Sequence record: NC_055897.1
DNA length: 40,000 nucleotides
From: an uncultured phage cr114_1
Direction: 5' to 3' (one strand)
Positions within the stretch are counted from its first letter, which is position 1. Each line of letters begins with the position of its first letter. Shown here in pieces: positions 38,782 to 40,000 of this stretch. A program made the translations under genes and the position numbers. The notes beneath the pieces were generated by a model that made no database searches, was not told the origin of the DNA, and saw only the letters and a program-made list of their open reading frames with translations.

Positions 38782-40000
38782 TAGTAAAAGGAGTTAAAAT
38801 AAGTGAACTCGAACTAAGAAACGAACTAACTGGAAAGGAGAATATCCCTTTCCAGGATTCGTTTTATAATGGTAAGCTGAATCTGGAAGGCGTAATAGAC
38901 TACTTTCAGAAGGTTACTAATTAGAATATTAGTTTACAGAGTTTAGTAAATATTAAATAGTGTATACAGAGTGCCTCAGAATTAGAGTTCTATGCTTCTA
39001 ATGTAGGCGATATATACTTTAATACAGGAGATAAGAAGTTGTATATGTACCAAGAGGATGGAACATATACAATTAGTGATCCGTCTAAAACCCAGTTGTA
39101 TGTATTTCTTACCCCTCTAGATAGTGAAAAGTCTGATGCTATATATAGATGGGATGAAAACAGCAAGCAATTTATTGTGCCTTCGTATGTTGACGATGTA
39201 ATAGAAGTATACGCTACGTATGATGTATCTCCTATTGGCTAGTTAAACAACATTAAACTGTATAAAGATGCTAAACATACTCAAGCTGTAGTAGGAGAAG
39301 TAGGTAAGATATATATAAATATTGAAGAAGGTCAGCCTGCATATTCGTTTAGATGGTCTGGGTCAATATGGGTTTCGGTAAATGATGGCGGTCCATTAAT
39401 CATAGGTGAGATTACTGGTACTGCTTACGATGGTGGTAAGGGTAAACACAATAAAGATATTATAGACAGTCTACCTGATACGGTACTGTCTAATGTAAGT
39501 AGTACAGTTGAGAAGACAGGTACTACTAATAAGATAAATGTAAACAATAAGAAAAGAGGTAGTGATGAACTGTATGTAAATAATACAGATAGTTCTGTAA
39601 CACTTGTTTCTTCTACTGATACTGAAGCAGGTCTTATGGCTGCTGCAGATAAGAAGTTGTTTGATTCAATGCCAAAGATGTGGCTAACTGAAAATACAAC
39701 TATTACTACCGCAGCAGATAAAGTAACAGTAGTACAACCTATCTCTAGAGTAATAGATGGAGTTTATGTGAATTCTGGTAATCTATATAGAGACATCCCA
39801 GCCGCTACTACTACTACCGCAGGTATAATGACTGCTGCAGATAAAGTAAGACTAGATACTGGAGTTGCTGAAGATATATAGGCTGAAAGAGAAGCTAGAG
39901 AAGCTGCAGATAGACAATTACAAAGTAATATCGATGCAGAAGCATCTACTCGTTCACAGGCTGATACTGCATTAGGTAATCGCATTACAACAGAATCTAG
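38778..40000 (+). CDS. fibre/appendage protein, partial (TAG-recoded, runs off right edge)
   Basis: Open from ATG 38778 to the edge with 4 in-frame TAGs; repeated 'TAGIMTAADKVRLD' / 'EAGLMAAADKKLFD' motifs. Confidence 0.82.

Noticed and set aside
1-40000. CRISPR array or defence-system operon
   Set aside because: No regularly spaced direct repeats and no Cas, restriction, toxin-antitoxin or retron reverse transcriptase signatures seen.

Overview
This 40 kb window looks like part of a crAss-like (Crassvirales-type) Bacteroidales phage genome with two divergent arms. The placement is an inference from gene content and order. The left arm (about 1-12.5 kb, - strand) carries small early-type genes, an ECF-like sigma factor, a putative amidoligase, a tRNA-His and about 1.4 kb of structured, ORF-poor DNA. 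The right arm (12.8-40 kb, + strand) carries ThyX and small metabolic/regulatory genes, then a tRNA / GIY-YIG cluster, a terminator, and the virion module: TerL, portal, two HExxH proteins, scaffold-like, major capsid, connector/tail-like proteins and collagen-like fibres. The central observation is stop-codon reassignment. The virion genes are only continuous if TAG is read as an amino acid (most likely Gln), while TAA and TGA remain stops. A tRNA with anticodon CUA (19182-19259) and Gln-like acceptor pairs lies just upstream of this module. The left arm appears to keep TAG as a true stop: gene 9649-9915 ends in TAG and is followed 24 nt later by a rho-independent terminator with no in-frame TAA/TGA in between. 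A probable HTH regulator (15645-16016) has an in-frame TAG at codon 26, so its full-length synthesis may depend on the suppressor tRNA. The six-frame ORF track fragments or truncates most late genes; I re-joined them by hand, requiring frame agreement. Other items: tRNA-like fragments at 4.7-5.06 kb, an H-type pseudoknot candidate before tRNA-Met, a frameshifted GIY-YIG gene after the capsid gene, long perfect hairpins at 10.4-10.9 kb, paralogous Cys-motif microproteins and TAG scarcity in the most abundant virion genes.
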